A DNA stretch of 64,000 bases from the NCBI GenBank assembly GCA_951406725.2, contig OX597822.1, forward strand, positions 86,862,001 to 86,926,000. Reading direction: 5' to 3'. Of this stretch, positions 13,458 through 26,095 are shown one piece after another (the stretch's first letter is position 1; each line of letters begins with the position of its first letter). The stretch comes from Octopus vulgaris (lineage: Eukaryota). The notes beneath the pieces are model-generated. The model saw only the letters and a list, made by a program, of their open reading frames with translations. It was not told the DNA's origin and did no database searches. A program made the position numbers and the translations under genes.

Positions 13458-14713
13458 CATTTTTTATGCTATGACTTTTCACCATCAGACGATAAAAAAA
13501 GTGACATTGAAATCCTATTGTTTTTCTATCCCCAGAAATTATTCGATGTCAATTGACCTCACAATGAAAAGACGCAAGGAAATTGTTGTGGCAATAGAAC
13601 GGGATTTCAAAATGAAAAATATTCGGTTAGAGCGAGAATATTGCTGGTCCAGACTCCACATATACGGAGAGTCTAACAACGATTTCGAGTAGCTTGTTAT
13701 ATTTAATTCTAGTCGAAAATTCAGGTATCGTGCACCGCTTCTTAGCGTTAGACGAAATGTGTGTGTGTGTGTGTAGATTGTATGTACTTGCGCGTGCATG
13801 CACACACACATGAATGTTACCTCCAACTGTCAGTTCAGTAGTTGAGGTCGTTGGTCTCCATCTGCTTGCTTTACCGTTAAGGACTTCAATTTTCTTTTTT
13901 TCTTGGTTTTCCCCTATTCAAACCAGTAGGCTCTTCTTACGAAGCTGTGACGATGTTGCTACTAGATCAGAGATTGAGAGTTGTCCCTGGATCTGACTAA
14001 TCATCTAGGAGAGTAAGTTTATGTGCGTGAATACATTCGATACGTTTTTCAGACTACTGCATTTGTGTGTCTATATGACTGCGTACATCTGCTTCGGTAC
14101 ACTTTTACAAGAATCTGTGTACAGGCCTAACGTTATGTTCTCCCATCCTCACTACAAAAAAGGAGCTGGGGATATTTTTCTCTATTAAAAAGTGAAGACA
14201 AAAATGAAACAGTAAAGAAAATATATATTATTCAAAATTGACAAAAAGACACAACTGTATTTCTGAATCAGTGCTAGGCCGGGGAAATATAACAACAAAT
14301 TGTTTTCTATTCACAATGCAAATACCCAACAGTTTCAATAGTAAACAGAATAAAAGTTAGAATCGAAAAGGGAAAAGCACTTCTGCAGTCCTTCTGAAAA
14401 TATATAACTATAAGTGATATAGTGAATATTAATAAATACATTTAATTTTATTTATATATTTGAGTAGATTTTTAGAAGTTTTCTTTTAAAATCACGACTA
14501 CCAAATAGTTTTTTCATAGTTTGTAAGGCAATATTCTCGCTCTAAGCGAATATTTTTCATTTTGAAATCATGTTCTATAGCCACAACAATTTCCTTACGT
14601 CTTTCTATTGTGAGGTCAATTGACATCGAATAATTTCTGGAGAGAGAAAAACAATAGGATTTCAATGTCACTTTTTTATCGTCTGATGGTGAAAAGTCAT
14701 AGCATAAAAAGTG
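13458..14713. repeat. Pair of ~185-bp inverted repeats around an ~880-bp spacer
   Basis: 13462-13644 is the reverse complement of 14528-14710 with scattered substitutions. Confidence 0.9.
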
Positions 14714-14839
14714 CTAAAAAACAATGGATTTCCCGGTCTAGGAATTGAAACTAGGATCTCGCGATCGTGGGTGCAACACTCTTACCAATAGTCCATATAA
14801 TATAATATGATATAATACTTATACGAGTATATGCATGTG

Positions 14840-14896
<57 letters not shown>

Positions 14897-15092
14897 ATCT
14901 GTATGTCTTTGTCTCTGACTGTCTGTCTGTCTCTGTCTATCTATGTGTATTTCTATGTCTGTCTGTCTATCTGTCTGTCTGTCAGTCTGTCTATCTGTCA
15001 GTCTGTCTGTCTGTCTGTCTATCTGTCAGTCTGTCTATCTGTCAGTCTGTCTATCTGTCTGTCTGTCTATCTGTCAGTCTGTCTATCTGTCA

Positions 15093-15150
<58 letters not shown>

Positions 15151-15190
15151 GTCTGTCAGTACACACACACACACACACACAAACACACAC
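14840..15190. repeat. (TCTA)n/(TCTG)n compound microsatellite
   Basis: Direct reading. Confidence 0.95.
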
Positions 15191-15235
15191 ATACATATAT
15201 ATAGAAAGATCGATAGATAGATATGGCCGGTCTGT

Positions 15236-15296
15236 GGGATTACCCTGGGTTTCACGTCCATAATGCGCTTAGTTTTACAGCATTTCTTCAGACCCT
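15236..15296 (-). ncRNA. Minimal type I hammerhead ribozyme-like motif
   Basis: Minus strand GGGT-CTGAAGA-AATGC..GCATT-ATGGACGT-GAAA-CCCAGGG-TA-ATCC. Confidence 0.55.
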
Positions 15297-15536
15297 ATAT
15301 ATATATAATGTATATATTCAATAACGAATTATAAGCAGCGCTAGTATTGTAAACATTATCGACCTCACATACTCAATGTATGTGTTTTGTTTGTTGAACG
15401 GTTCTCTGCGGTAGAGTGCTTGGAGGATGATTCCCTCATAATGCTGGGTGTTAAAACGCTTGAAAGTCATAGAAAGGTGATGGATACCGATATTTCGCTA
15501 TATATCTGTGGGTTATCATGATAGAGTACCTGAACC

Positions 15537-15599
<63 letters not shown>

Positions 15600-15674
15600 T
15601 AATAAATGAAATAAAACATATGCATATATATAAACATATATGTACGTACCTACCTCTACATGTACATATACCAT

Positions 15675-15840
<166 letters not shown>

Positions 15841-16123
15841 AAATTGATAGATGTATCTATATATGTATGTACATACAAACATACATATGTATATATATAA
15901 ACGTTATACGTATGTACATACATACATACATATAACTTCACCAGAACATAGAGACAGGCTCAGAGATAAGTATAAAAGCACTTCAGTGTGCATATACTCA
16001 CACATGTCACCTTCTCTCTCTCTCACACATACGTACACACTTTGTTAAAGGAAAATGATGGTATAAATTAAAAAATAGTCCAAGCCCAGTGATGTCTGAA
16101 ATATTTAAAACTACACACACACA

Positions 16124-16195
<72 letters not shown>

Positions 16196-16894
16196 GCCTA
16201 TACACGCGCACACACATACGCACGCACACACATGTTGCATGTAACCACATATATAGAATAAAAAAGTGAATAAAACAATGCATACGTATATAGTGCACAC
16301 GTGTACACATACATAGTGTACAAACATTTGCATTTACATAGCTATATAATACACACACACACACACACACAGCTATGCGATACACACACGTAGACATCCA
16401 TTAATATTTTCTCTAAATCTCGAGAGTATCACGAAGAGGATTTTGAAAACGCCCAAAGAAGCTTATAGTTCCACACGAAATCGTCAGCATCTTTTGAAAA
16501 TTGGTAGGTTTGCTAAAAGGAAACGGACTGTTTGGTATAATGGTTACTTCTATTGAGATGGTAAGTTAGTTGAGACAGTTTACACTTCACTCTTTAATTG
16601 CCAACACACGCGCGCGCACACACTCACACACGCGCACACGCACATATCAAGCGATCATTTGTTGTTGTTTTAACGAGAATGCCTGACCTGATCCAAAAGT
16701 CCAGTTACCAAAGGCATTCCAACCATAACCGGTTCATCTAAATATCAGGCATAATCCATCGAGGACACATTGTTCAAAATGTCAATTTTAAAAGACAGCA
16801 GCGTGTTTGGTTCAAGTATCATTTGATGTGTTTGGTCTGTTCTTATTCTCATTTACTCAGTAATAATAATAATAATAATAATGATAATAATAGA

Positions 16895-18303
16895 GAGAGG
16901 GAGAGAGGCAAAGTCAAATGCATGGACGGGCTAACGATACCTTCGGGGGAGGTTATGAAGCAAATAGAAGAGACGGGCTATAAGTACTTGGGTATTTTAG
17001 AAATGGATAAATTGATGGTGTAAGAAATGACAGAAAATTTGAAGGTGGAGTACTTGCGCAGACTGAAACTGATCCTGAAGTCGAAATAAACGGACGGAAT
17101 AAAGATCGAAGCTATCAACACCTGGGCAGTTTCACTCCTTAGATATGGAGCAGGGGTACTCGCATGGACGGTAGACGAAGTAAACAGCTTAGACAGAAAG
17201 ACAAGGAAGTTGCTAACTAAATATGGGATATTCCACCCAAAAAGTGACACAGACAGATTGTATGTACCAAGAAAAAGAGGGGGAAGAGGACTTATTGGAT
17301 ACGAACACAGCATTAGATCATAAGAAAGCAACATAGCATGGTATGTAAAAAATGCCACAGAACCGCTAATATTAGAAGTAACAAAGTCAGGCTTGTGTAG
17401 GATGAAAGATTTCAAACATAAAGCACTATACAAGAAATTGAAAACAAATGAAACTGAAAATAGGTGGATAAAGAAAAGAATGCATGGTCAATTTCATAGG
17501 GATGTTGAAGATAAGACAGACAGAAAAAAAAGATGGCTGCGGATGACTAAAAGTGACTTAAAACCGGAAACGGAGGCTCTAATCTGTGCTGCCCAAGAGC
17601 AAGCACTAAGAACAAACTACATAAAATGCAGAATAGAAAACATCAGAAAGTGATAAGTGCAGAATCTGTGGACAAAACGGTGAAACCGTATGGAATATTA
17701 CCAGCCAATGTACGCCACTAGCCCAGAAGGAATATAAGAGACGCTACGACAATATAGTAAAGCTTGTCCATTGGACATTTTGCAACAAGTATTGACTTGA
17801 CAGTAAAAAATTGGTACAACCACAAGCTTGAAGGCATCGTCGAAAATAGAAATGCAAAAATCCTATGGGATTTTATGATTCATTGCGACTATGCGATAGA
17901 GAATAGGAAGCTGGACATAGTCTTAATTGATAAAGAAAGCAAATTATGCTGGATCATAGATATAGCATACCCAGCTGACAACAAAGTACAAAGTATGCGA
18001 TAAAGAAGAAAGAAAAGTCGAGAGATATGATAGATATGAAGTTAAGCAGTTGTGGTCCATGAAAAAGGTAGCAGTAGTACCAATAATTATCGGGGACCTG
18101 GGAACAGTGAGCAAAAATCTTGAGAAGTACGTGAAACAAATAGGGGCTGCAATAAGAGTGGAGCATTTGCAGAAAACAGCACTGCTTGGAACCGCTCGAA
18201 TACTCCGGAAGGGGCTCGAAAAATAAGGAGTGTTACCTTAGTTCACTGGTAGTGAACAGCTGACACCGAAGTACATTTCCAGCGTTAGAAGCTGTGCAAA
18301 GGC
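16895..18303 (+). mobile_element. R4/Dong-clade non-LTR retrotransposon, 5'-truncated (RT C-terminus, CCHC knuckle, RLE)
   Basis: GYKYLGILE; NKIEAINTWAVSLLRYGAG; DRLYVPRKRGGRGL; MHGQF..LKPETEALICAAQEQAL; CRICG..ETV; ILWDF..RKLDIVLID..IIDIA; several stops; (TAA)n on both sides. Confidence 0.9.
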
Positions 18304-18325
18304 AATAATAGTAATAATAATAATG

Positions 18326-18381
<56 letters not shown>

Positions 18382-18404
18382 TTCTAATAATAATAATCCT
18401 TTCT

Positions 18405-19357
18405 AGTTTGGCGAAAGGATAGGGATTCCAGACTGGTGATGCAAATTCCAAGTGTGGACGTACCATTGTCATATACAACTTTAAACAGATAGCTGGAGAG
18501 TGGCTGACAGAGGTCTTACTGAGTGATCCTAGCACCACCACCCCTCAGCTTTCTTGACAATCTTAGAGATGTGGTTTGTCCAACGTAGATCACTGTTTAC
18601 GATAATGCCCAGATTACGTCCACTAGAAGACTTCTTGAGATTGGAGTTGCTGAGGGAGTATGTAAAGGCTGGATTTTTCCACAGCTAGGTTGAGTTGCCA
18701 GATAGAAATCCATTGTTGCATTGTGTCCAGGTCTGATTGCAGGAAAGATAGCGCATAGGATCTGTACTTTTTATCTTGCGGTACAGCTTGGTGTCATCTG
18801 CATATTTCAACACTAACATTCCTCAAGTTGGTATCTATGTCATTAGTATATGCAACAAACAGTAGTGGTTTGAGAATGGATCCCTGTGGTACACCAGAAG
18901 TCATCTCGTAGGATGAAGAATAATATCCTAGAACCGTAACCACCTCTTTCCAACAGAGAATGAGAATGGATCCCTGTGGTACACCAGAAGTCATCTCGTA
19001 GGGTGAAGAATGATATCCTAGAACCGTAACCACCTCTTTCCGACAGAGAATGAAGGACTTCAGCCAGTTATAGAGATCATCTTTTACACACATTGCAGAG
19101 TTTTGCCATAAGTCGTTTGTGTTGCACAGAATTGAAGGCTTTAGCAAAGACACGATAGATAACATCCACCCATGAGCCGTCATCAGTAACTCGTGTGATG
19201 TCCTCAAGAAACTCGATGAGTTGGCTACAGTAGCTGGAGTCAGGGATAAACCCAAATTGTGAAGGTCGAGTAAGGGAGCTCCAAAAGTTCCAGAGTGATT
19301 TTTGGAACAAGAGTAAAGTCTCTGGAGAATCAATGAGGGGACTTCATTTGTTGACAT
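18405..19357 (-). mobile_element. CR1-group LINE RT fragment with a 90-bp internal duplication
   Basis: QFGF..QLIEFLEDIT..VDVIYRVFAKAFNSV; MTSGVPQGSIL (twice); LYMTMVRPHLEFASPVWNP. Confidence 0.88.
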
Positions 19358-20839
19358 AAATACACTGAAATACTCCCTTAGTACTAACTCGGAACGGTGA
19401 CTTGACTTACTATGAACTTACTGTTTGCACACGTTCTATTTTTTTAAAAATTGTCACTGATCATCCTTCCAGCATATGTGTATGTGAGTGTGTAAGTGTG
19501 TGTATGTGTGTGCAAGCATGTTTGCACATATTAAGCAATCAAGACACTAGAGATGTATATAAGCAACAGTCTATAAACTACAAAAAAGGGGGCTTCAACT
19601 CCTCTCGTGATTGAGTGTTTTTTGTTGCAGTATAGAAATTATTGCGGTACACAATAAAGTGTATACTTTAAGTGTATTAAAACCAGTTTACATTAGATGA
19701 ATATGTTCGAAGGTAGGAAAGAGAGAATAAGGGTGGAGGGAGATAGAGAAAAAGAGATAGAGAGATAGAAAACAAAGAGATAAAGAAAGGATAAAGAAAG
19801 GATAAAAAAGAAAGGAGAAAGAACGCACGTGAGAAGTGATAGTGTGCCTGCCTATTGGTTAAAAGAGGTGATGTTTTGAACTGAGATTTTGTTGATGTTC
19901 CATGAATTGGAATGAGACGGCGGATAACATGCAATTTCTCTCTAGTTGAGAAATTGTAGTAGTTTGAATAATTTCTTTGTGTATATTGTTTCATCTTTCG
20001 ATCTCCAAATATACTGGGAGAATGCTGTGGTGGTTTCTAGCTGACATAGATGGAATGAATAGTTGTACTGGTACAGAAGAGTTTTGAATGCACCCTATGT
20101 AGCTAATAGAGCCTTTTAATTCTTCACTAGCTTAAAACAATGGCTTAAAACTTAAAACTAGCTTTTACAATGGCGCCTGCTAGCTAAATAGAGCTAAAGA
20201 GCATGACTATAATACATCTATAATGACTGTATGCCCCGGTCGTGTTTGATCCGAGGTTAAGGATGGATGAGAATTAATTCTGTAATGCAGTCATTCTGTT
20301 GTTCCAGTCTCAAGTTGAATTCCAATTGTCGACGTAAAATTAACGAACCGAATGTCATTTATTTCCCTCTTGATCTCTGCTAGAAATAGCAACTCAAATG
20401 CTTTTAAATCAGATCCCAATGCTAGATGTTCAAGAACCAAATGAAGGGCAGCTTTTCAATCCCGGGATTATACTGATTCCATATATATATATTTATATGA
20501 CTATTTAGAGCGAATGTACACTAAGATACAGGGGTCGCAGGCGGACAGACAGAATTTCACTTTTATTAATATAGAAGTGTTCGCACTAAATGTTTGAGTT
20601 GCGACTTTGATAGTGGTCACCTTCGCCATACAACACATCTCTACGTTGTCTTTATTGAAAAGCTGGCAGATTTTGAAAAATATTTGTTGATAAAAGGGAG
20701 GAAGATTTCAGCAGCAGGATTATTTCGTGGATTTTACCGTATTATATTATTCATGCTTGTGGTTTTCTATAGAATGGCTGCTAGTTGTTGGTTTGGAGTA
20801 TGTATGTGTGTGTGCGTGCATTTAGTCTCTCTCTCTCTC

Positions 20840-20875
<36 letters not shown>

Positions 20876-20931
20876 CCCCCTCTTTCTCTATATATATATA
20901 TATGTGTGTGTTTGCGATGTGTGTGTGTATG

Positions 20932-20980
<49 letters not shown>

Positions 20981-21345
20981 TCGTGGTACACACATATATA
21001 TATACATATATATGTACACATATATACATATGCATATACATATATGTATATGTATATATGTGTATATATATATAAACATATATATATATATATATACACA
21101 TATATACATATACATATATATATATAAGTATATATATACATATATATATATGTATATATAAACATATATATATGCACACATATATATATACACACACATA
21201 TATATACACGCATATATATATATACATATATATATACACACATATATATACACATATATATGCGCATATATATATACACATATATATATATATTTATACA
21301 TATATGTATATACATACATATACATACATACATATATATATATAC

Positions 21346-21405
<60 letters not shown>
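20840..21405. repeat. Degenerate (TA)n/(CA)n tract
   Basis: Direct reading. Confidence 0.95.
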
Positions 21406-21407
<2 letters not shown>

Positions 21408-21431
21408 ATAATTATAAACATAATTAATAAT

Positions 21432-21489
21432 GCTGCACTGAAGATGAGAATAAAATAACTTTACTTTAATCTCGAAACGCGTATGTAGC
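21432..21489 (+). ncRNA. Minimal type I hammerhead ribozyme motif (Penelope-type)
   Basis: Stem I GCTGCA/TGTAGC; core CTGAAGA(T); stem II GAGA/TCTC; GAAA; palindromic stem III CGCG; GTA cleavage triplet. Confidence 0.75.
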
Positions 21490-21792
21490 TAATCTGAGTC
21501 GTGTGGATTCGTTATTTTTTCTTTTTGCTTACCAAAAAAAAAGTGTGTTACTGTCTGGGAAATGTTTATGTTAGTAGAAAAGGCATTTTAACTCCTATTT
21601 CTAAATTCGGTGCGTGGCGAAGCAATTAGCTGACCCCTGATTATAATTATGTTTATAATTATAGAATATTTGTATAATTTTACATAAAAAGGTTATTTTA
21701 ACGTACCGAACTTCTTGGTAACATATCTAATAATTAATTAATTAATTGATTGATTGAATGATTAATTAATTTACCCTTTTATTTGTGCTGAT

Positions 21793-21824
<32 letters not shown>

Positions 21825-21850
21825 GCACGCACACACACACACACACACAC

Positions 21851-21881
<31 letters not shown>

Positions 21882-21904
21882 CATACATATATATAATTCA
21901 CACA

Positions 21905-22722
21905 TACATATATATGTAGATATACATGCATATATGGGTACAGGACATTAAAAAAACGTTAAACACAATGCGAAACGAAAACTTAGAAAACAAACATTTT
22001 CTCGAACAACGAAAAAACAAACTGGGAAACGAGTCATATTCCCCTTCATCAGTTGTCTCTGTTTCATCTACTCTGCGTTTCGAAGGTAAACTTCGTTGAA
22101 ACAGTCCTTCCCGCAAAGCAATTTAAATAAAATTTGGGATTTTTTGTGGAGGGTGAAAGTGGTAACAAAAACAGGACAGTGAGAACAAAACAGTAAAAAC
22201 AAACGGTGAGGGTTGTTGAGTCAAGACGATAGAAAAATTATGAACGCTAAGAGGACGATATATGAGAGGAGACAGGTAAAAGCACGAGAGAAAAACAGAA
22301 AGGATGAACAAGAGAGAGAGATAGACAGAGGAGAGATAGTAGAGATAGAAGAAGAGTGTGCATCGTAATTATTAAGATAAAACTTACTTGGAAAGGGATA
22401 CGTGGCGTTCAATCATATAATAATATAAATAATATATAAATATACGCATATATACGTGCATATATGTACATACCTACATATATATGTTTATATACATGCA
22501 TATATGGGTACAGGACATAAAAAAAACGTTGAACACAATGAAAAACAAAAACGTAAAAACGAAAACATAGAAAACGAACTTTTTCGAGCAACGAAAAAAA
22601 AAGAAGAAAAAACAGAGAAACGGGACATGCAACATAAAGAATATTCCCCTTCATCAGTTGTCCCTGTTTCATCTACTCCGCGGGTCGAAGGTAAGGACAA
22701 TACGCGACTTCGTTGAAACAGT
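21905..22722. mobile_element. Short element with ~200-250-bp diverged direct repeats between (TA)n tracts (pLTR-like)
   Basis: 21905-22106 repeats at ~22470-22722 (GGGTACAGGACAT..TATTCCCCTTCATCAGTTGTC..CTTCGTTGAAACAGTC). Confidence 0.6.
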
Positions 22723-22784
<62 letters not shown>

Positions 22785-23177
22785 CCAGCCCCAACTCAAC
22801 TCGTCCTGTCGAAAGACCCTTGACCTACGTTCTGGTTTTGTTTTTTATCCTTACCTTTATTTTTACGTTTTTGTATTCTTATTCGAGTTTTCCTTATTGT
22901 TTTCACGTATTTCTGTACTTTTATTCGTGTACATCGTTCGTTTTCCGTCCTTGTGTTGTATACATTCGAAGCTTTCTTCCAAGGGATCTAATGCGCTTGG
23001 CTTAGATTTCCCTTGGGGGCTGCCCAGGTCGGAGCAATCTCAAGATTAAGCAGCCGAAATTGCGAAGATGATCCGGTTCTTGACTGATGACTGAGGGCTT
23101 CGAATGTCCCGTCCTGTGGTTCTTGTGTCGTCTTCTAGGTGTTTCACGTTCTTGTCCCAGTTGTATATATTTTTTAC

Positions 23178-23231
<54 letters not shown>

Positions 23232-23841
23232 AGTACCGTATATCTGGAATTATCTTACTCTGTAGTAAAGTAATAGGTTTACCTTCTTTTGACTAAAAAA
23301 AAATGCACTTTCGAGTTTGTCTTTAGGCAAATATACTTTCGTTGTGATATATTTGTTTTCTGTAATGAATGTCAAACATCGTGTTGCGTTACACGATTTA
23401 TAGGACATCGACTTACTCTAGCACTTTCAGTAAAGCTTTTCTTTGCATATATTTCCTGCGTGGATTTTAACAGGATAATGTTAAGCTGAAGTTGTCCTCC
23501 AAATAATCTTCACGAAAAATTGTTTCTAAAATTCAAATTATAGATTTCACATATATGCGCGTGTGCGTAAACAGATTGAACTTCCTATATTTTTAACGTT
23601 GTTTCTTCTCAATATGAAGTGGCACTGGAAACAAAAAGGAGTGATTCCTGCAAATGTATAAAAAAGGATATTCTGAAATCCTTGACTTTTAGTTTTCAAG
23701 GCAATCATTTAGCAATTTTAAAATGACAAAAAATAACTACTAAATGAACACTTTTTACTTGTTTTTATTTTTAATTAAATGTTTCGCTTTTACACTAGGC
23801 TTCATATCGTCATTAAATTCTATTTAAAAAGATAATTGTGG

Positions 23842-24055
23842 GGATTTTATTGTTTCAGTTTTCATGTTTACTAATTTTTTTCAGTTTTATATGATTTGTT
23901 ATGAAAATGTTATTAGATTCAATAAGGTTTTTATTTTTCTCAGTTTTCATGTTCATTAATTTTTTCCGTTTTATGTGATTTATTATAAAAATATCCAATT
24001 CAATAAGGTGTTTAATCTTTTCTCTTTTCGTGTTTATTAATTTTTTTGTTTTATT
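23842..24055 (-). repeat. AT-rich minisatellite units in inverted orientation
   Basis: Reverse complement of the 24622-25320 array units. Confidence 0.9.
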
Positions 24056-24143
24056 GGGGGTTAAATAAATTTTTTAGTTGGGAAGATAAACCAATTTTTT
24101 AATGGGGTGTGAGATAAGTACCTTTATGTTATCGGCTTTGCGC

Positions 24144-24255
24144 GAATGGAAGGCAAAGTCTACCTCAGCGGCATTTGAACTCAGAACGTGGTAGCAGACG
24201 AAATGCCGCTAAGCATTTTTTCCCGGCGTGCAAACGATTCTGCCAGCTCGCCGCC
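24144..24255 (-). mobile_element. SINE family A head fragment
   Basis: Reverse of GGCGGCGAGCTGGCAGAATCG..GAGTTCAAATGCC. Confidence 0.85.
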
Positions 24256-24308
24256 TTAATACATACATGCATAGACTATATATATATAAATATATATATA
24301 ACAATATA

Positions 24309-24612
24309 GGCACAAGCATGGTTATGTGGTAAGAAACTTGCTTCCCAGCCACATGGTTCCAGGTTCAGTCCCAGTGCGTGGTACGTTGACCAAGCGTCTT
24401 CTACTATAGCCTCGGGCCGACCAAAGCCTTGAGAGCATGTGTGTGTCTGTGTGTGTGTGTTTGCCCCCCCCTCCCCCACCATCACTGCTTGACAACTGGT
24501 GTTGGTGTGTTTACGTCCACGTGACTTATCAGTTCAGCAAAAAGTGCTCGATTGAATAAGTACCAGCTTTCAAAGAAAACCAAAAATACTGGGGTCATTT
24601 CGGCCAAACTAA
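24309..24612 (+). mobile_element. SINE family B, diverged and 3'-truncated
   Basis: Aligns by eye to 7781-8115. Confidence 0.85.
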
Positions 24613-24621
24613 AAAAATAAA

Positions 24622-25320
24622 TCCTTATTGAATCTAATAATATTTTCATAACAAATCATATAAAACTGAAAAAATTAATAAACATGAAAACTGAAACAAT
24701 AAAAACCTTATTGAATCAAATAACATTTTCATAACAAATCATATAAAACTGAAAAAATTATTAACGTGAAAACTGAGAAAATATAAGCCTTTTTGAATCT
24801 AATAACATTTTCATAACAAATCATATAAAACTGAAAACTGAGAAAATAAAAACCTTTTTGAATCAAATAATATTTTCATAACAAATCATATAAAACTGAA
24901 AAAATTATTAACGTGAAAACTGAGAAAATATAAACCTTTTTGAAGCTAATAACATTTTCATAACAAATCATATAAAACTGAAAACTGAGAAAATAAAAAC
25001 CTTTTTGAATCAAATAATATTTTCATAACAAATCATATAAAACTGAAAAAATTATTAACGTTATTGAATCTAATAACATTTTTATAACAAATCATAGAAT
25101 TCCTATTGAGTAGGCCAAAAGTCAACAAACTGAAAAAGTTATTAACGTGAAAACTGAGAAAATAAAAACCTTATTGAATCAAATAACATTTTCATAACAA
25201 ATCATATAAAACTGAAAGAATTAATAAACATGAAAACTGCGAAAATAAAACGTTATTGAATCTAATAACATTCTTATAACAAATCATAGCATTCCTATTG
25301 AGTAGGCCAAAAGTTAACAA
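24622..25320 (+). repeat. AT-rich minisatellite, ~82-bp unit with 65- and 59-bp variants
   Basis: TTGAATC-like anchor recurs at 24628, 24711, 24793, 24858, 24940, 25005, 25064, 25174, 25256. Confidence 0.92.
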
Positions 25321-26095
25321 TATGTTGAAGTATTGAATCAAAAGGATCTAAACCCTTTTAATTCAATCTCTTGTCGCTACATAAACTCAACTTTTTAGTG
25401 GGGATATAACCCAAATTTTTAATGGCAATTTTCTTAATGGTGTAAAATAACCAAAAAGTACCAAAAGAAGTACCAGTTGTGTACTGAGGTCGATGTAATC
25501 GATTTATCATTTCCCCCCAAATTGCTGGCCTTGTGTCAAAATATGCTATTATATACACACCAAGAAGTCATATTTTTTTTCTTCTTCCCAAGAAAGATAG
25601 ATTTACTATGAAAGTATATTTGTATAAAAATTATCCAACACTTAAACAAATTGTTTTAGTTCTTTTTTACCGAAACTTTTGTCTGGTGGAGGTTTTATCA
25701 TGGACCAAACCTGACACAGACGGACAAAATGAAACAGTTTGTCATTTATTCCGGCATTCTTCTGTTTCAGTCAGTTAATAACAAATGTTTGTTATTATTG
25801 TCATTGCCATTTTGGTCTAAGTCATCTCTGCTCTAGCAGATACATGTTTAAAAGCGTTCCTACAAGGACAACATTAACCTATATGTTCTGCCATTTTGCA
25901 AGACAATAGTGTGGTTTGACTGTTATTTCTAGCAATACAAGGGACCACATGGACGTTTCCTGTGTGGCTTATTTCTAATGTCATCATGATTATTGTTTTA
26001 ATCGAATGACCGTGACTATAAAAAAAGAAATTCTTTTTTCATATTTTCAAATACAGATGAAAACGTCCATTTTTGTCCTTTTTTTTTCGAGCTTT

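Noticed and set aside
24711-25005. 147-bp higher-order period equal to nucleosome core length
   Set aside because: Only two periods; explained by alternating 82- and 65-bp units
24622-25320. Regularly recurring motif resembling a CRISPR array
   Set aside because: Intervening sequences are themselves repeated, there are no unique spacers or cas genes, and the context is eukaryotic
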